Below are positions 17,733 to 27,512 of a stretch of 36,630 bases of DNA, one piece after another; positions within the stretch are counted from its first letter, which is position 1; each line of letters opens with the position of its first letter. The notes below the pieces were generated by a model. The model worked only from the letters and a program-made list of their open reading frames with translations. It was not told the origin of the DNA and made no database searches. Made by a program: the position numbers and the translations under genes. This stretch comes from Nitrospira sp. (GTDB lineage Bacteria; Nitrospirota; Nitrospiria; Nitrospirales; Nitrospiraceae). The stretch covers positions 1-36,630 of the forward strand of contig JAICVE010000001.1 of the NCBI GenBank assembly GCA_025935475.1, in the 5' to 3' direction.

Positions 17733-17919
17733 CATTCATTTTTGCGCCTAGTCAACCAGGTTTCTTACGCGTGTACTCCTGTAGGACCTGTGTGAAGAGA
17801 CCGTACTCCATGACAAAAATGAACAAATATTGTCCTCGGGTGAACTGCGTAGCGGTTGGATGCGTCGATGACCTTCTGTTCCGCTCAATATCACGGATTG
17901 TCGCTAGGGCCAGGCTGGA

Positions 17920-17949
17920 TTGACACCCTTTTCGAGGCTCACTTATGAT
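17920..17949 (+). promoter_or_regulatory. Sigma70-type promoter candidate for the rhodanese gene
   Basis: TTGACA-N18-TATGAT. Confidence 0.6.
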
Positions 17950-17977
17950 GCCCTTTCGAGTCACTACGGAGGCCACC

Positions 17978-18298
17978 ATGGGTTATACCATTAGTCCCAC
18001 CGAACTCAAGAGCAGACTGGATAAAGGCGATCAACTCGTCCTTCTCGACGTGCGCGAGCAGTGGGAGTTTGATCTGGCAAAGCTGAACGGATCCACGCTG
18101 ATCCCGCTGGCCACGCTGCCTCAGTCCTTGGGCAAACTCAACCGGGATGCCGAAATCGTCGCCATCTGCCACCATGGCATGAGGAGCGCCGACGCCACCA
18201 ACTTTCTTCTACAACAGGGATTCTCAAACGTGAAGAACTTGGTAGGAGGAATTGATGCCTGGTCCGCCCAGGTGGACCATTCAGTCCCGAGGTATTAG
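17978..18298 (+). CDS. Single-domain rhodanese/sulfurtransferase
   Basis: LLDVRE.WE, CHHGMRS active-site loop, NL.GGIDAW; RBS GGAGG. Confidence 0.92.
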   Translation: MGYTISPTELKSRLDKGDQLVLLDVREQWEFDLAKLNGSTLIPLATLPQSLGKLNRDAEIVAICHHGMRSADATNFLLQQGFSNVKNLVGGIDAWSAQVDHSVPRY

Positions 18299-18329
18299 CA
18301 TCGGCACCGCCGAGAGGCGGATGCGCTGT

Positions 18330-19253
18330 TCAACGCAAGCGCTCTCGAAAATACTCGACCGTCTTCTTTAACCCGTCGCTCAGATCGGCCCTCGGCTCCC
18401 ACGAGATCTCGTGCCGGAGTTTCGTATTATCGATGACGCTCCGTGCCTGCTCGCCCTTCTTGGCGGGGCCGTGGATCTCCTTGCAGGTAGAGTTCGTGTG
18501 CTGAATCAGAATCCTGAATAAATCATTGATGGACGTTTCCACGCCCGTCCCGACGTTATACGTGCCCTGCGTCTCTTGCCCCATCATGGCAAGATTCGCT
18601 TCCACGACGTCATCGACAAAGACAAAATCTCGGGTCTGACGTCCGTTTCCATTGATCACGGCCTGCTCGTTGTTCAGCATTTTCTGTATAAAGATGGCCA
18701 CGACACCGGCTTCGCCCTCGGGATCCTGGCGGGGACCATAGACGTTCGCGTAACGCAGACTGACCGCTTGAAGGCCGCTGACACGCTGATAGTAGGACAG
18801 GTATTGCTCACCGCAAAGCTTGCTCAAGCCGTAGGGAGACAAGGGCTTCGTCACATGAACCTCTGGAGCGGGATAGATCTCCTGCTCGCCATAGATCGCT
18901 CCCCCAGACGAAGAGAAAATCACTTTCCGTACGCCATGCCTAACGGCCTGTTGCAACACATTCAAGGTGCCGAGCACATTGACCTGGGCGTCAAACATCG
19001 GATCCTCAACCGACTTCCGCACATCCATCTGTGCAGCCAAGTGCATCACGACATTCGGTCGTTCATTGCGAAACACTCGCTCCAAACGCCAGCTTTGAAT
19101 ATCCATCTTGTAAAAGCGGGCGGCTCGATTGATGTTCCTGCGTTTTCCCGTCGCGAGATTATCGACCACAACCGCCTCATGCCCTTCCATGACCAGCCGA
19201 TCGACCAGATGAGATCCGATGAATCCTGCGCCGCCCGTCACTAATACCTTCAT
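18330..19253 (-). CDS. NAD-dependent epimerase/dehydratase (UDP-glucose 4-epimerase-like)
   Basis: VTGGAGFIGSH, HLAAQ, SPYGLSK, LRYANVYGPRQ, RDFVFV.D. Confidence 0.93.
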   Translation of the reverse strand: MKVLVTGGAGFIGSHLVDRLVMEGHEAVVVDNLATGKRRNINRAARFYKMDIQSWRLERVFRNERPNVVMHLAAQMDVRKSVEDPMFDAQVNVLGTLNVLQQAVRHGVRKVIFSSSGGAIYGEQEIYPAPEVHVTKPLSPYGLSKLCGEQYLSYYQRVSGLQAVSLRYANVYGPRQDPEGEAGVVAIFIQKMLNNEQAVINGNGRQTRDFVFVDDVVEANLAMMGQETQGTYNVGTGVETSINDLFRILIQHTNSTCKEIHGPAKKGEQARSVIDNTKLRHEISWEPRADLSDGLKKTVEYFRERLR

Positions 19254-20044
19254 GCCTCCTCCACCTTCGACCGACTTACAGAGGGACTGATTATACCCTG
19301 ATACTGAAATCCGACAAGAATTTCCCGATTGCCTTTTTTCCCTTTGACTGGAGAATCCAAAACTGCGGTTGCCGCAAGGCCCAACGCGGCGCCGGATGAG
19401 ATGACCTTTTCGGTCACAGCGCGGCGCTGAGCCTCATCCCGCACGATTCCTCCGGCACCCACCTGGCCTTTCCCGACTTCAAATTGCGGTTTGACGAGTG
19501 CCACCACTCGTCCTTCATGACGCAAGAGAGGCACGACGCTCGGCAACACCAGGGTCAGGGAAATAAAGGACACGTCTATCACGGCGAGATCAACCGGCTC
19601 GGGAATGAGCAACCGGTCTATGTACCGGATATTGGTCCGCTCGAGCAAAACGACTCGCGGGTCCTGGCGGAGTTTCCAGTCGATCAGACCATATCCGACG
19701 TCAACGGCGTAGACGCGCTCGGCTCTCCGTTGCAAGAGACAGTCGGTAAACCCGCCGGTCGAACAACCGACATCAAGCGTGACAAGACCGTCTGGATCGA
19801 TGGAGAACGCGTCGAGGGCGGCCGCTAGTTTTTCTCCGGCTCGACTGACAAAGGGGGCGGCACGTTCGATCTCAAGGCGTGCGTCACGGGCGACGAGCCT
19901 GGCAGGTTTGTCAACGATCATGCCGTCGACGAGCACCCCACCGGCGAGAATCGTCCGTACCGCGGCCTCCCGGCTGACGACAAGGCCCAGGTGGACCAGC
20001 AACCGATCCAACCGCTCTTTCTCAATGGGCGGCTTCGCGGGCAT
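19250..20044 (-). CDS. tlyA: TlyA-family rRNA 2'-O-methyltransferase
   Basis: S4 domain (RLD.LLV..GL..SR), VSRAG.KL, DVGCSTGGFTD, DVSFISL, LVKPQFE. Start uncertain. Confidence 0.93.
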   Translation of the reverse strand: MPAKPPIEKERLDRLLVHLGLVVSREAAVRTILAGGVLVDGMIVDKPARLVARDARLEIERAAPFVSRAGEKLAAALDAFSIDPDGLVTLDVGCSTGGFTDCLLQRRAERVYAVDVGYGLIDWKLRQDPRVVLLERTNIRYIDRLLIPEPVDLAVIDVSFISLTLVLPSVVPLLRHEGRVVALVKPQFEVGKGQVGAGGIVRDEAQRRAVTEKVISSGAALGLAATAVLDSPVKGKKGNREILVGFQYQGIISPSVSRSKVEEA

Positions 20045-20094
20045 AGCGCTGGGGATGAAAAATGAGACAGCTCGAGAAGGGCCCCATAGTGAAA

Positions 20095-20355
20095 TCAAGA
20101 GGAGAGCTCGTCGGAGGAGTCATCCGTTTCCTCCTCCGGCGAGAAAGCATGAAGCCGCTTTTTACCGTTCCTATCCTGCACCAACACTTCGACTTTGCGC
20201 TCGGCATCTTCCAGGATTTTGAGGCAGCTTTTCGAGAGTCGAATACCCTCTTCGAAGATCTTCAACGATTCGTCCAGAGGCAAATCACCTTTTTCCAGTT
20301 CTCCGACGATCGCCTCCAGCCTCGCCATCGCCTGTTCAAATTTGACCCCGCCCAC
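20095..20355 (-). CDS. xseB: Exodeoxyribonuclease VII small subunit
   Basis: FEQAM.RLE.IV..LE.G.L.L.ESL..FEEG..L; follows xseA. Confidence 0.95.
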   Translation of the reverse strand: MGGVKFEQAMARLEAIVGELEKGDLPLDESLKIFEEGIRLSKSCLKILEDAERKVEVLVQDRNGKKRLHAFSPEEETDDSSDELSS

Positions 20356-20413
20356 GACGGCACCTCTCCTTTCATGGCATGTGAAATCTTATTATACCGG
20401 CCCCGATTCCGAT

Positions 20414-21787
20414 TTACATCAACGGATCGGGCAGCACGCGCTTGACCGTACACCGCAACTGGCCCTGGGACAGGCGTGCGATGATTTCTTCCTCAAGTTC
20501 GGCATCGGTCGCCCTTCGAAGAATCGTTCCGTCACGGACGCGCGAGAGTATGCTGTATCCGCGCCCCAAAATCGCCAGCGGGCTCAAATGCGTGAGTTGC
20601 GCAGCCATGGCCGCCATCCGGCGCCGCCGGCCATCGCCCAACACCATCATCTGACGCTCCAGGCGCTGTGCCAAAAATGACAGTAGCGAGAGACTGCGTG
20701 TGACGAGGAATGCCGGGTTGAGACCGGCCAATTCACGTTGACGTTGCCGAACCGAGTCCCGGCTTTCCGCCAGCCGATTGCAGGTCAGCGTCCTCAGATG
20801 GTCGGCGATCTCCAGAGTGCGTTGCCATTCGTGCCGGATCCGGAACCGCACCTGGGCCAACCTGCCGATCTGGGTCTCAAGTCGCCGTTGCTCGAACACG
20901 CAAAGTCTGCTCATCGTCTGTGTCGTGCGCACCGTCAGTACGCGCAGGCGGTCGACCACTTCGGCGAGCACGGGCACGACAGTCTCCGCGGCAGCGGACG
21001 GCGTGGCCGCTCGACGATCTGCGGCAAAATCTGTGAGCGTCACGTCGGTCTCATGACCGACGGCGGATACGACCGGAACGCGAGAAGCCGCAATTGCGCG
21101 GACCAGGACCTCTTCATTGAAACTCCAGAGATCCTCGAGAGACCCGCCGCCCCGCCCGACGATGATGACGTCCACGCGATCTTCCTCGTTCAACAAGGCC
21201 ACCGCATTCGCGATGTGCTGGGCAGCGCCCTCTCCCTGCACCGGCACCGGCACGATGATGATCTGGAGCGTCGGCCACCTCCGCTGAAGCACCGAAAGCA
21301 TGTCCCGAATAGCGGCCCCGGTCGGAGACGTGACGATGCCGACCCTGGACGGGTACGGCGGCAACGGTGTTTTTTTGGCCTCGTCGAACAACCCTTCGCC
21401 GGCAAGCCGTGCCTTGAGCTGCTCGAACGCCAACTGCAGCGCCCCGATTCCCTTGGGTTCAACGCTGTCCAGGACGATCTGATACTCTCCCCGCGGCTCA
21501 TAGACGGTGAGCCGACCACGGACGATGATGCACATGCCTTCTTGGAGGGAGAATTTCAGACGCACTGCGCTGGAACGGAACAGCACAGCCCGAATCTGAC
21601 TGAATTCATCTTTGAGCGTGCAGTACACGTGACCGGATCCCGGCATGCGTAGGTTGGACACCTCTCCTTCAAGCCAGAGATCGGCAAATTGTGATTCGAT
21701 GGATGTCCGGAGGAGGCCGGTAAGCTGGGAGACGGTGAGGATCGACTTGGCGGGGTGAAACAACGTCTGTTGTTTGGTGGCCGACAT
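20414..21787 (-). CDS. xseA: Exodeoxyribonuclease VII large subunit
   Basis: GEVSN, SGH.Y.TLKD, TSPTGAAIRD, RGGGS.EDLW.FN, SAVGHETD, TPSAAAE, L.RGYS. Confidence 0.96.
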   Translation of the reverse strand: MSATKQQTLFHPAKSILTVSQLTGLLRTSIESQFADLWLEGEVSNLRMPGSGHVYCTLKDEFSQIRAVLFRSSAVRLKFSLQEGMCIIVRGRLTVYEPRGEYQIVLDSVEPKGIGALQLAFEQLKARLAGEGLFDEAKKTPLPPYPSRVGIVTSPTGAAIRDMLSVLQRRWPTLQIIIVPVPVQGEGAAQHIANAVALLNEEDRVDVIIVGRGGGSLEDLWSFNEEVLVRAIAASRVPVVSAVGHETDVTLTDFAADRRAATPSAAAETVVPVLAEVVDRLRVLTVRTTQTMSRLCVFEQRRLETQIGRLAQVRFRIRHEWQRTLEIADHLRTLTCNRLAESRDSVRQRQRELAGLNPAFLVTRSLSLLSFLAQRLERQMMVLGDGRRRRMAAMAAQLTHLSPLAILGRGYSILSRVRDGTILRRATDAELEEEIIARLSQGQLRCTVKRVLPDPLM

Positions 21788-21790
21788 CCG

Positions 21791-22570
21791 TTAGTCGAGG
21801 ATGCGCACTCGCTCGATTGCCAGGGCCTTCCCGATCCGTGCGTCCAACTCGATGAGGGCGGCGCAAAATACCGTGGGACCGGAAGCAACTTCGAAGCGCC
21901 TTGGCATCCCCGTCAAGAACTTCTCGATCGCGAGCTCCTTCTTCACGCCGATGACACCATGCAGCGGGCCGGTCATGCCAATGTCAGTCAAGTACGCGGT
22001 ACCACGGGGTAGAATCTGTTCGTCGGCGGTTTGCACATGCGTGTGAGTGCCGACCACGGCCGTCGCTTCGCCATCAAGATAATGGCCCATCGCCATTTTT
22101 TCGGACGTGGCCTCGGCATGCATGTCGACGAGCACGGCGGCGACCCGCTTCCTCAACTTCCCCAGTTCCCGCTTGGCGACCTGGAAGGGACAATCCAAGG
22201 CTGGCATGTACGCGCGCCCCATCACCTGTAAGATTCCAAGTTCCTCACCGTTTTTGGCCTGGACGATCACGCTCCCCTGTCCTGGCACGCCGTCCGGATA
22301 ATTGGCGGGCCGCAGCAAGCGGCGTTCGCGGGGGAAATAATCCAGGATCTCCTTCTTATCCCACGCGTGATTGCCGGTAGTGATCGCGGACAATCCCACG
22401 CGAAACAATTCCTCGGCCAGCTCTGGCGTGATTCCAAACCCTCCCGCCGCATTTTCGCCGTTTCCCACGACGACGTCGATCTGGCGCTGGGAGACAAGGC
22501 GCGGCACCATTCGCGCCACGGCACGTCGTCCCGGCTCTCCCATGATATCCCCGATGAACAACACTTTCAT
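21791..22570 (-). CDS. ymdB: YmdB-family metallophosphoesterase
   Basis: GDI.G.PGR, NGEN.AGG.G, GNH.WD, D.HAEATSEK, GTHTHVQT; directly downstream of rny. Confidence 0.93.
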   Translation of the reverse strand: MKVLFIGDIMGEPGRRAVARMVPRLVSQRQIDVVVGNGENAAGGFGITPELAEELFRVGLSAITTGNHAWDKKEILDYFPRERRLLRPANYPDGVPGQGSVIVQAKNGEELGILQVMGRAYMPALDCPFQVAKRELGKLRKRVAAVLVDMHAEATSEKMAMGHYLDGEATAVVGTHTHVQTADEQILPRGTAYLTDIGMTGPLHGVIGVKKELAIEKFLTGMPRRFEVASGPTVFCAALIELDARIGKALAIERVRILD

Positions 22571-24135
22571 TTGGCGTACTCGATGTAGCGACTTTCTCGG
22601 ATCACCGTCACCTTGATTTGCCCGGGATAGGTCAATTCCTGCTCAATCTTCTTGGCGAGCTCTCTCGACAACTGAAACGATTCGCTGTCCGTCACGTCTT
22701 CCTGGCGGACGATCACGCGAATCTCCCTGCCTGCTTGAATCGCATACGCCTTCTGCACGCCTTTCTGCGCATGCGCAAGTGATTCCAATTTCTCCAAGCG
22801 CTTCACGTAGGATTCGAGCGCCTCACGCCTCGCGCCCGGGCGGGCAGCGGACAAGGCTTCGGCGGCGGCCACGAGCACGGATTCAGGACAAATGGGCGGG
22901 ACCTGTTCGTGGTGAGCCGCGATGGCGTTGACGATTTTTTCGCTCTCCCCATACTTCTTGGCGATTTCTGCACCGAGCATGGCATGAGGCCCTTCCTCTT
23001 CATGGCTCACCGCCTTGCCGATATCGTGCAGCAAAGCGCCTCGTCGGGCGAGCCGCACGTCCAGACCGAGCTCGGAGGCCATGATGCCGCAGATATATGA
23101 CGCTTCACGCGCGTGGTACAGGTTGTTTTGTCCGTAGCTGGTCCGGTATTTCAGCCGACCCAGGACTTTGATCAACTCAGGGTGGAAGTCGGCGAGGCCC
23201 AGCTCAAAGATAATCTTCTCCGCCTCTTCATACATCAGCTTGTCGATATCCACCTTAACCTTTTCGACGATCTCCTCGATCCGCGTGGGGTGGATGCGTC
23301 CGTCATGCATCAGCCGCTCGAGCGAGACCTTGGCAATTTCGCGTCGTAACGGATCGAATCCAGAAATAATCACTGCTTCAGGCGTCTCGTCGATGATCAG
23401 ATCGATGCCCGTCGCCGCCTCGATTGCACGGATATTGCGGCCCTCTCGGCCGATGATGCGGCCCTTCATCGCATCGTTGGGAATGGGCACGACCGAGATG
23501 GTGGATTCCGACACGTAATCGCGCACGACCCGCTGAATGGATGTCGTGATGATTTCGCGCGCCTCCCGCTCGGCATTCTCTCTGGCCTCTTCCAACGTTC
23601 GTTTGGCGATCCCGGCGGCATCCAGTCGGGCCTGACTTTCCATTTCCTGGAGCAATTGCTTCTTCGCTTCATCGGCCGTCAGGCCTGCGACGCGCTCCAA
23701 TGCCTCGCGGTGCTCACGTTCCACCTGGGCGCATGCCGCTTCCTTCGCGATAAGCTTCTCCTCTTTCTTCATCAACTCCTGTTCACGCTTTTGGCCTTCG
23801 GCATCGCGTCTGTCCAGGACACCGATCCGCTTGTCGATGGCCTCTTCGCGTTGGACCAAGCGCTTCTCACTTGTGGCGAGTTCAAGAAGCTTCGCCTTCT
23901 GTTCCTTCTCGAGTTCCGACTTAGACTGGAATACTAGATCCTTCGCCTCCAGCTTGGCTTCCTTCACGATGTTTTCGGCTTCACGCTGGGCGTTTTGGAT
24001 CATTTGACGTGACTGATCCGCTTCTTGCGCGCGCTTCGAGTTTGCAGAGGAACGACGGACCACTTCATAGAGACCGATTCCGAGCAGTGCCCCTATCAGG
24101 CCCACGAATATGTACAGCAGCATGGAAGTCGACAT
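22567..24135 (-). CDS. rny: Ribonuclease Y
   Basis: N-terminal TM, coiled coil, KH domain (KGRIIGREGRNIR), HD domain (LLHDIGKA), AIQAGREIRV. Confidence 0.97.
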   Translation of the reverse strand: MSTSMLLYIFVGLIGALLGIGLYEVVRRSSANSKRAQEADQSRQMIQNAQREAENIVKEAKLEAKDLVFQSKSELEKEQKAKLLELATSEKRLVQREEAIDKRIGVLDRRDAEGQKREQELMKKEEKLIAKEAACAQVEREHREALERVAGLTADEAKKQLLQEMESQARLDAAGIAKRTLEEARENAEREAREIITTSIQRVVRDYVSESTISVVPIPNDAMKGRIIGREGRNIRAIEAATGIDLIIDETPEAVIISGFDPLRREIAKVSLERLMHDGRIHPTRIEEIVEKVKVDIDKLMYEEAEKIIFELGLADFHPELIKVLGRLKYRTSYGQNNLYHAREASYICGIMASELGLDVRLARRGALLHDIGKAVSHEEEGPHAMLGAEIAKKYGESEKIVNAIAAHHEQVPPICPESVLVAAAEALSAARPGARREALESYVKRLEKLESLAHAQKGVQKAYAIQAGREIRVIVRQEDVTDSESFQLSRELAKKIEQELTYPGQIKVTVIRESRYIEYAK

Positions 24136-24439
24136 AGGACGGCCCCTTTCAGATTGAGGCGATTCAAAAGGGCAGCGGAACGGGAAGAGGACAGATGGGC
24201 GTGAGAGGAGGCCGACGACCGGCTATTCCGAGGAACGACTTCGGAAGGATGAACGTGTTGTTGGAAGAGCGGAGCGCGCCTGTCTCCACGCTTGGCCTCC
24301 CACTGCCTGTCTAAGAGGACGCACTCGCCCGAGACGCGCTCTGACCGACCGTAACGGTATCGACACCGTCACAACCGCCGGTCTACCGGCACGGAAGTCC
24401 CATTCGGCCGGCACGACGTACTCTGCGATTCTGTCCAGG

Positions 24440-24629
24440 ATGGCAGCGAGGGTCGATAGGAGGAACAAGACCCCTTGCGGCAGATTCCACTCTCTCAACG
24501 AGACCAGCATCGACAAACCCACATTCATTCTTGAAGCGACGTAATCGTATCCCGGATTCCTTACCGGCGTCTGATTGACCTCTTCCTATTCCCGATCAAT
24601 GAACCTGCTTCCGCAAATACCACTACCAC
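24440..24629 (-). ncRNA. ssrS: Candidate 6S RNA (structured ~190-nt RNA downstream of zapA)
   Basis: Syntenic position after zapA and a promoter-like TTGCAA-N18-TATCGT just upstream. Nested pairings found by eye: GUGGUAGUGG/UCGCUGCCAU, UUGCGG/CCGCAA, GCAGGUUC/GAAUCUGC, GAGGUCA/UGGUCUC around an internal bubble. No covariance search was run. Confidence 0.5.
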
Positions 24630-24635
24630 AACACC

Positions 24636-24665
24636 ACGATAGCAAAGGCTTCCCGGCCTTTGCAA
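24636..24665 (-). promoter_or_regulatory. Promoter candidate overlapping an 8-bp inverted repeat just after the zapA stop
   Basis: TTGCAA (24665-24660)-N18-TATCGT with extended TG; GCAAAGGC/GCCTTTGC at 24642-24663. Confidence 0.5.
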
Positions 24666-24671
24666 GCGCAT

Positions 24672-24968
24672 TTATCGAAACAGCGACGTGGGGACCTGCT
24701 CTTCGATCGATTCCATGAGCGACGTCATGCGACGTTCGACATCGGCCTCGCCTTGAGCGCGCTTCTTTTCCGCTTCGAACAACTGGTGGGCTAGATTGAG
24801 CGCTGTGAGCACCGCAATGCGAGACGGCGTGGTGGTATTCATCCCTTCGGCAAGCTGCCGCATTTGCCCGTCTAGAAAGCTCGCCAGACGGCGGATGTAG
24901 GCCTCATCCGCCTCACCTCTGATCGTGTACCGCTGGCCATAGATTTCGACATCCGTCGTCTTAGTCAA
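24672..24968 (-). CDS. zapA: Cell division protein ZapA
   Basis: V.IYGQ.Y.I, Y...LA..LD..M, IAVL.ALN.A motifs. Confidence 0.92.
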   Translation of the reverse strand: MTKTTDVEIYGQRYTIRGEADEAYIRRLASFLDGQMRQLAEGMNTTTPSRIAVLTALNLAHQLFEAEKKRAQGEADVERRMTSLMESIEEQVPTSLFR

Positions 24969-25215
24969 AGGCCACCTCCTTGCGTTCCTCGAACCCTTCC
25001 AACACTTCGATATCGCTAAGGACTTTCTCGATCCGGGCCTTGATATCCGTGCGTTCCCGCGCCCAGCGTCGATTTGAATCGCTTTCGTCGGCCAACCGCT
25101 GCCGGATTGATCGAAGGTCGTCCTCGAGGCCGGCGTTTCGTTTTTTCAGTTCTTGAATCAGCTTCACCAAGTCTTTGATACGCGTCTCGAGCGCATCCAA
25201 ACGATCCAACGCCAT
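24961..25215 (-). CDS. zapB: ZapB-like coiled-coil protein
   Basis: 84-aa heptad-rich protein (LD.LE.RI..LV..I.ELK..N..L) overlapping the zapA start. Confidence 0.7.
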   Translation of the reverse strand: MALDRLDALETRIKDLVKLIQELKKRNAGLEDDLRSIRQRLADESDSNRRWARERTDIKARIEKVLSDIEVLEGFEERKEVAFD

Positions 25216-25252
25216 GTACACTCTCCGGAGTTACCACCACCGATTGTGGCGC

Positions 25253-25281
25253 ACTATAGGAACTTACCCACAGCTTGTCAA
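25253..25281 (-). promoter_or_regulatory. Sigma70 promoter for zapB-zapA
   Basis: TTGACA-N17-TATAGT, near consensus. Confidence 0.75.
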
Positions 25282-25286
25282 CGCCG

Positions 25287-27512
25287 TTAGGACAGGCCGC
25301 CGAGGCGCACGTATTCGCGGTACGTCCGCAGGACCCGTTTCACGTACTGTCTGGTCTCCTGATACGGGATCAACTCGACGAATTCGTCCTGCCCTTGCCC
25401 CCGATACTGAGCGATCCAATTGCCGACCGCGAGAGGTCCGGCATTATAGGAGGCGATGGTATACACCAGGTTGCCGGAAAACTGCTCCAGCAACTGCTCG
25501 ACATAGCGAACGCCGATCCGGATGTTCGTTTCTTGGTCAAACAGATCTTCCCGTCCCAAGGCGGGAAGGCCGACCCGCAGGGCTACGTTGTTAGCCGTCG
25601 CAGGCATCACCTGCATCAAGCCGATCGCCCCGACTCGGGACACCGCCTTTACATCGTATTGGCTTTCCTCACGGATGATGGCGGCGATCAAATACGGGTC
25701 CACACCCTTGGCCCCCTGCAGCTTGATCGTGGGGAGCAGACCGGTCGGATAGGCGACGTTCCATAAAGAAGGGGCAAACGTTCCGCCAGTCCGCTCCAAC
25801 TGATCACGGAATCGTGCGCGTGCAAGCCGCAGCGCCTGATGATAGGCTCCGACCTCGTTCAGCATCGTCGACAAGGCTACCAGAGCATCGGGGTCCCGAC
25901 TATACCGGTCCGTCAACACCGCGACTTCCTGGGTAGCATCGGCATCCAACCCCAATGTTTTTAGTTCGATCGCCCGTCGATACGCCGTCTGCTGGGCGAT
26001 GTCGGCGCGCGTGACGACAGGCGCGGCCGTCTCGCCGTCCTTCAATGGTTCGACGGAGGCGACGGTCACTTCGAGAGGAGTGTCAGCAAGGGGCAATGCC
26101 TTCGCACGCTCCCGGGCAAGTTGGCAATAATAGGTGAACCGGTATCGCTGGCAGAGCTTCTTATAGTTCTCCTGCGCCTCGGGCTGTTGCTGTTGTTCAC
26201 CCGCGCGCCCCATCCAGTACAGGGCTTGAGGCTCGAACTCGCTGTCATGTAGTTCCGCTAGCGCCCGCAAACTTTCACCGGCCTCGCGATACCGGCTGGT
26301 GCGATAATAGACCCATCCCACCCGCCATTGGCCTTCCGCCCGCTGTGAGGCGGGTTCGCCCTGTTTCGCCACCTGATGATATTTTCCAATAGCGTCCTCG
26401 AATTGTTTTTGGTCTTCGAGCCACATGCCGACGAACAGTGTGATCTGGCCCTTCTGTTCCGCAGACAGCGACGTGGAAGGCAACACTCGTGCGGCTTCCA
26501 AGAGCTTGTCGCCCTGTCCCTGCCGGAGATAGACGCGAGCCAGCCAGACCGCCGCTTCGTGAGATTCGGATCCTCCACCCTCTTTGGCCAATACGCGAAA
26601 TGTTTCACGCGCTTGGTCGTATTGCTTGAGCCGCACTTGCGCAATACCCAATTTCAGCTTGGCCTCGGCTCGCCGGGAGGAATGCGGATCGGCGGCGAGA
26701 AATTTTTTCAGCTCTTCGATCGCTTCGGCATGATAGGCCTGTCCTAAAAAAGCCTGCGCTCGGGTAAGTCGGTCGGACGGTTGCACGGTCCATGGTTCTC
26801 CGCCCAAATTGGACGACAACAACGCTTCCGCCTCTTTAGCTTCCGGAGTGTATGGGAACCGTACCCACAGCTGTTGGAGCAGATCGCGCCCTTCAGCGAC
26901 ATTGTTGTCGCGCAACCGGCACGCCGCGCGGCGCAGGAACGCCTGTGGAGCACTCGTGTCCTTGTCATTCATGGCGACGGCCTTCGTGAACCAAACCGTC
27001 GATTCCTGACAAGCGGAGGCTTGATACCATGCTTCGCCCGTTTTATAAGCAGCCCTCGCCAGAATATTCGAATCAGGCACTGCCAGCGGGATACTTTCCA
27101 GGAGCACGGCGGCCTCTTTCGTCTCGCCGAGGTTCAGGTGTGCTTGAGCAATCCACAGACGGAGGTAATCATCCAGCACCGGGAAATCCCGTTGTGCACT
27201 CCGAAGGAATGGAATGGCTGAGGCAGGGTTCGGCTCGATCGACAGCACACCGGACAAGAGGCCAGCGCGTTTTGCCCAAAGAGTATCCGGAAACCGCTGG
27301 CTCAAGTCCCGAAGACGCTCGAGCTTGAGCGCCAACACCTGCTCTTTGGCTAAGGTCTTCCCGAGTCGTTCCTTGGGGAGCACCGCTGCCTGAAAGCACG
27401 GTTCCGGCTGATCGCAGATTTCTCCTTCACTTGGGGGGACGGCAGACCCAGCCACGCCGCCGAGGAGGAGCAGCACGCTGCACACACACAACCGCATCAC
27501 GGTAGCCAGCAC
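25287..27512 (-). CDS. Soluble lytic transglycosylase (Slt-type) with TPR repeats
   Basis: Signal peptide, TPR-like helices, IIREES, A.GLMQVMP.TA, ASYNAG, IPY.ETR.YV. Confidence 0.92.
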   Translation of the reverse strand: MLATVMRLCVCSVLLLLGGVAGSAVPPSEGEICDQPEPCFQAAVLPKERLGKTLAKEQVLALKLERLRDLSQRFPDTLWAKRAGLLSGVLSIEPNPASAIPFLRSAQRDFPVLDDYLRLWIAQAHLNLGETKEAAVLLESIPLAVPDSNILARAAYKTGEAWYQASACQESTVWFTKAVAMNDKDTSAPQAFLRRAACRLRDNNVAEGRDLLQQLWVRFPYTPEAKEAEALLSSNLGGEPWTVQPSDRLTRAQAFLGQAYHAEAIEELKKFLAADPHSSRRAEAKLKLGIAQVRLKQYDQARETFRVLAKEGGGSESHEAAVWLARVYLRQGQGDKLLEAARVLPSTSLSAEQKGQITLFVGMWLEDQKQFEDAIGKYHQVAKQGEPASQRAEGQWRVGWVYYRTSRYREAGESLRALAELHDSEFEPQALYWMGRAGEQQQQPEAQENYKKLCQRYRFTYYCQLARERAKALPLADTPLEVTVASVEPLKDGETAAPVVTRADIAQQTAYRRAIELKTLGLDADATQEVAVLTDRYSRDPDALVALSTMLNEVGAYHQALRLARARFRDQLERTGGTFAPSLWNVAYPTGLLPTIKLQGAKGVDPYLIAAIIREESQYDVKAVSRVGAIGLMQVMPATANNVALRVGLPALGREDLFDQETNIRIGVRYVEQLLEQFSGNLVYTIASYNAGPLAVGNWIAQYRGQGQDEFVELIPYQETRQYVKRVLRTYREYVRLGGLS

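Noticed and set aside
17978-18298. Rhodanese and LarE as members of the Ubl sulfur relay
   Set aside because: About 10 and 24 kb from the Ubl gene, in separate transcription units within housekeeping context; no sequence evidence of linkage.
24223-24528. 101-aa minus-strand ORF between zapA and rny
   Set aside because: No recognisable family, not YgfA-like, overlaps the structured RNA candidate.
24612-24640. CCAC/ACCAC short iterations
   Set aside because: Too short and irregular for a repeat array; part of the promoter and RNA 5' arm.
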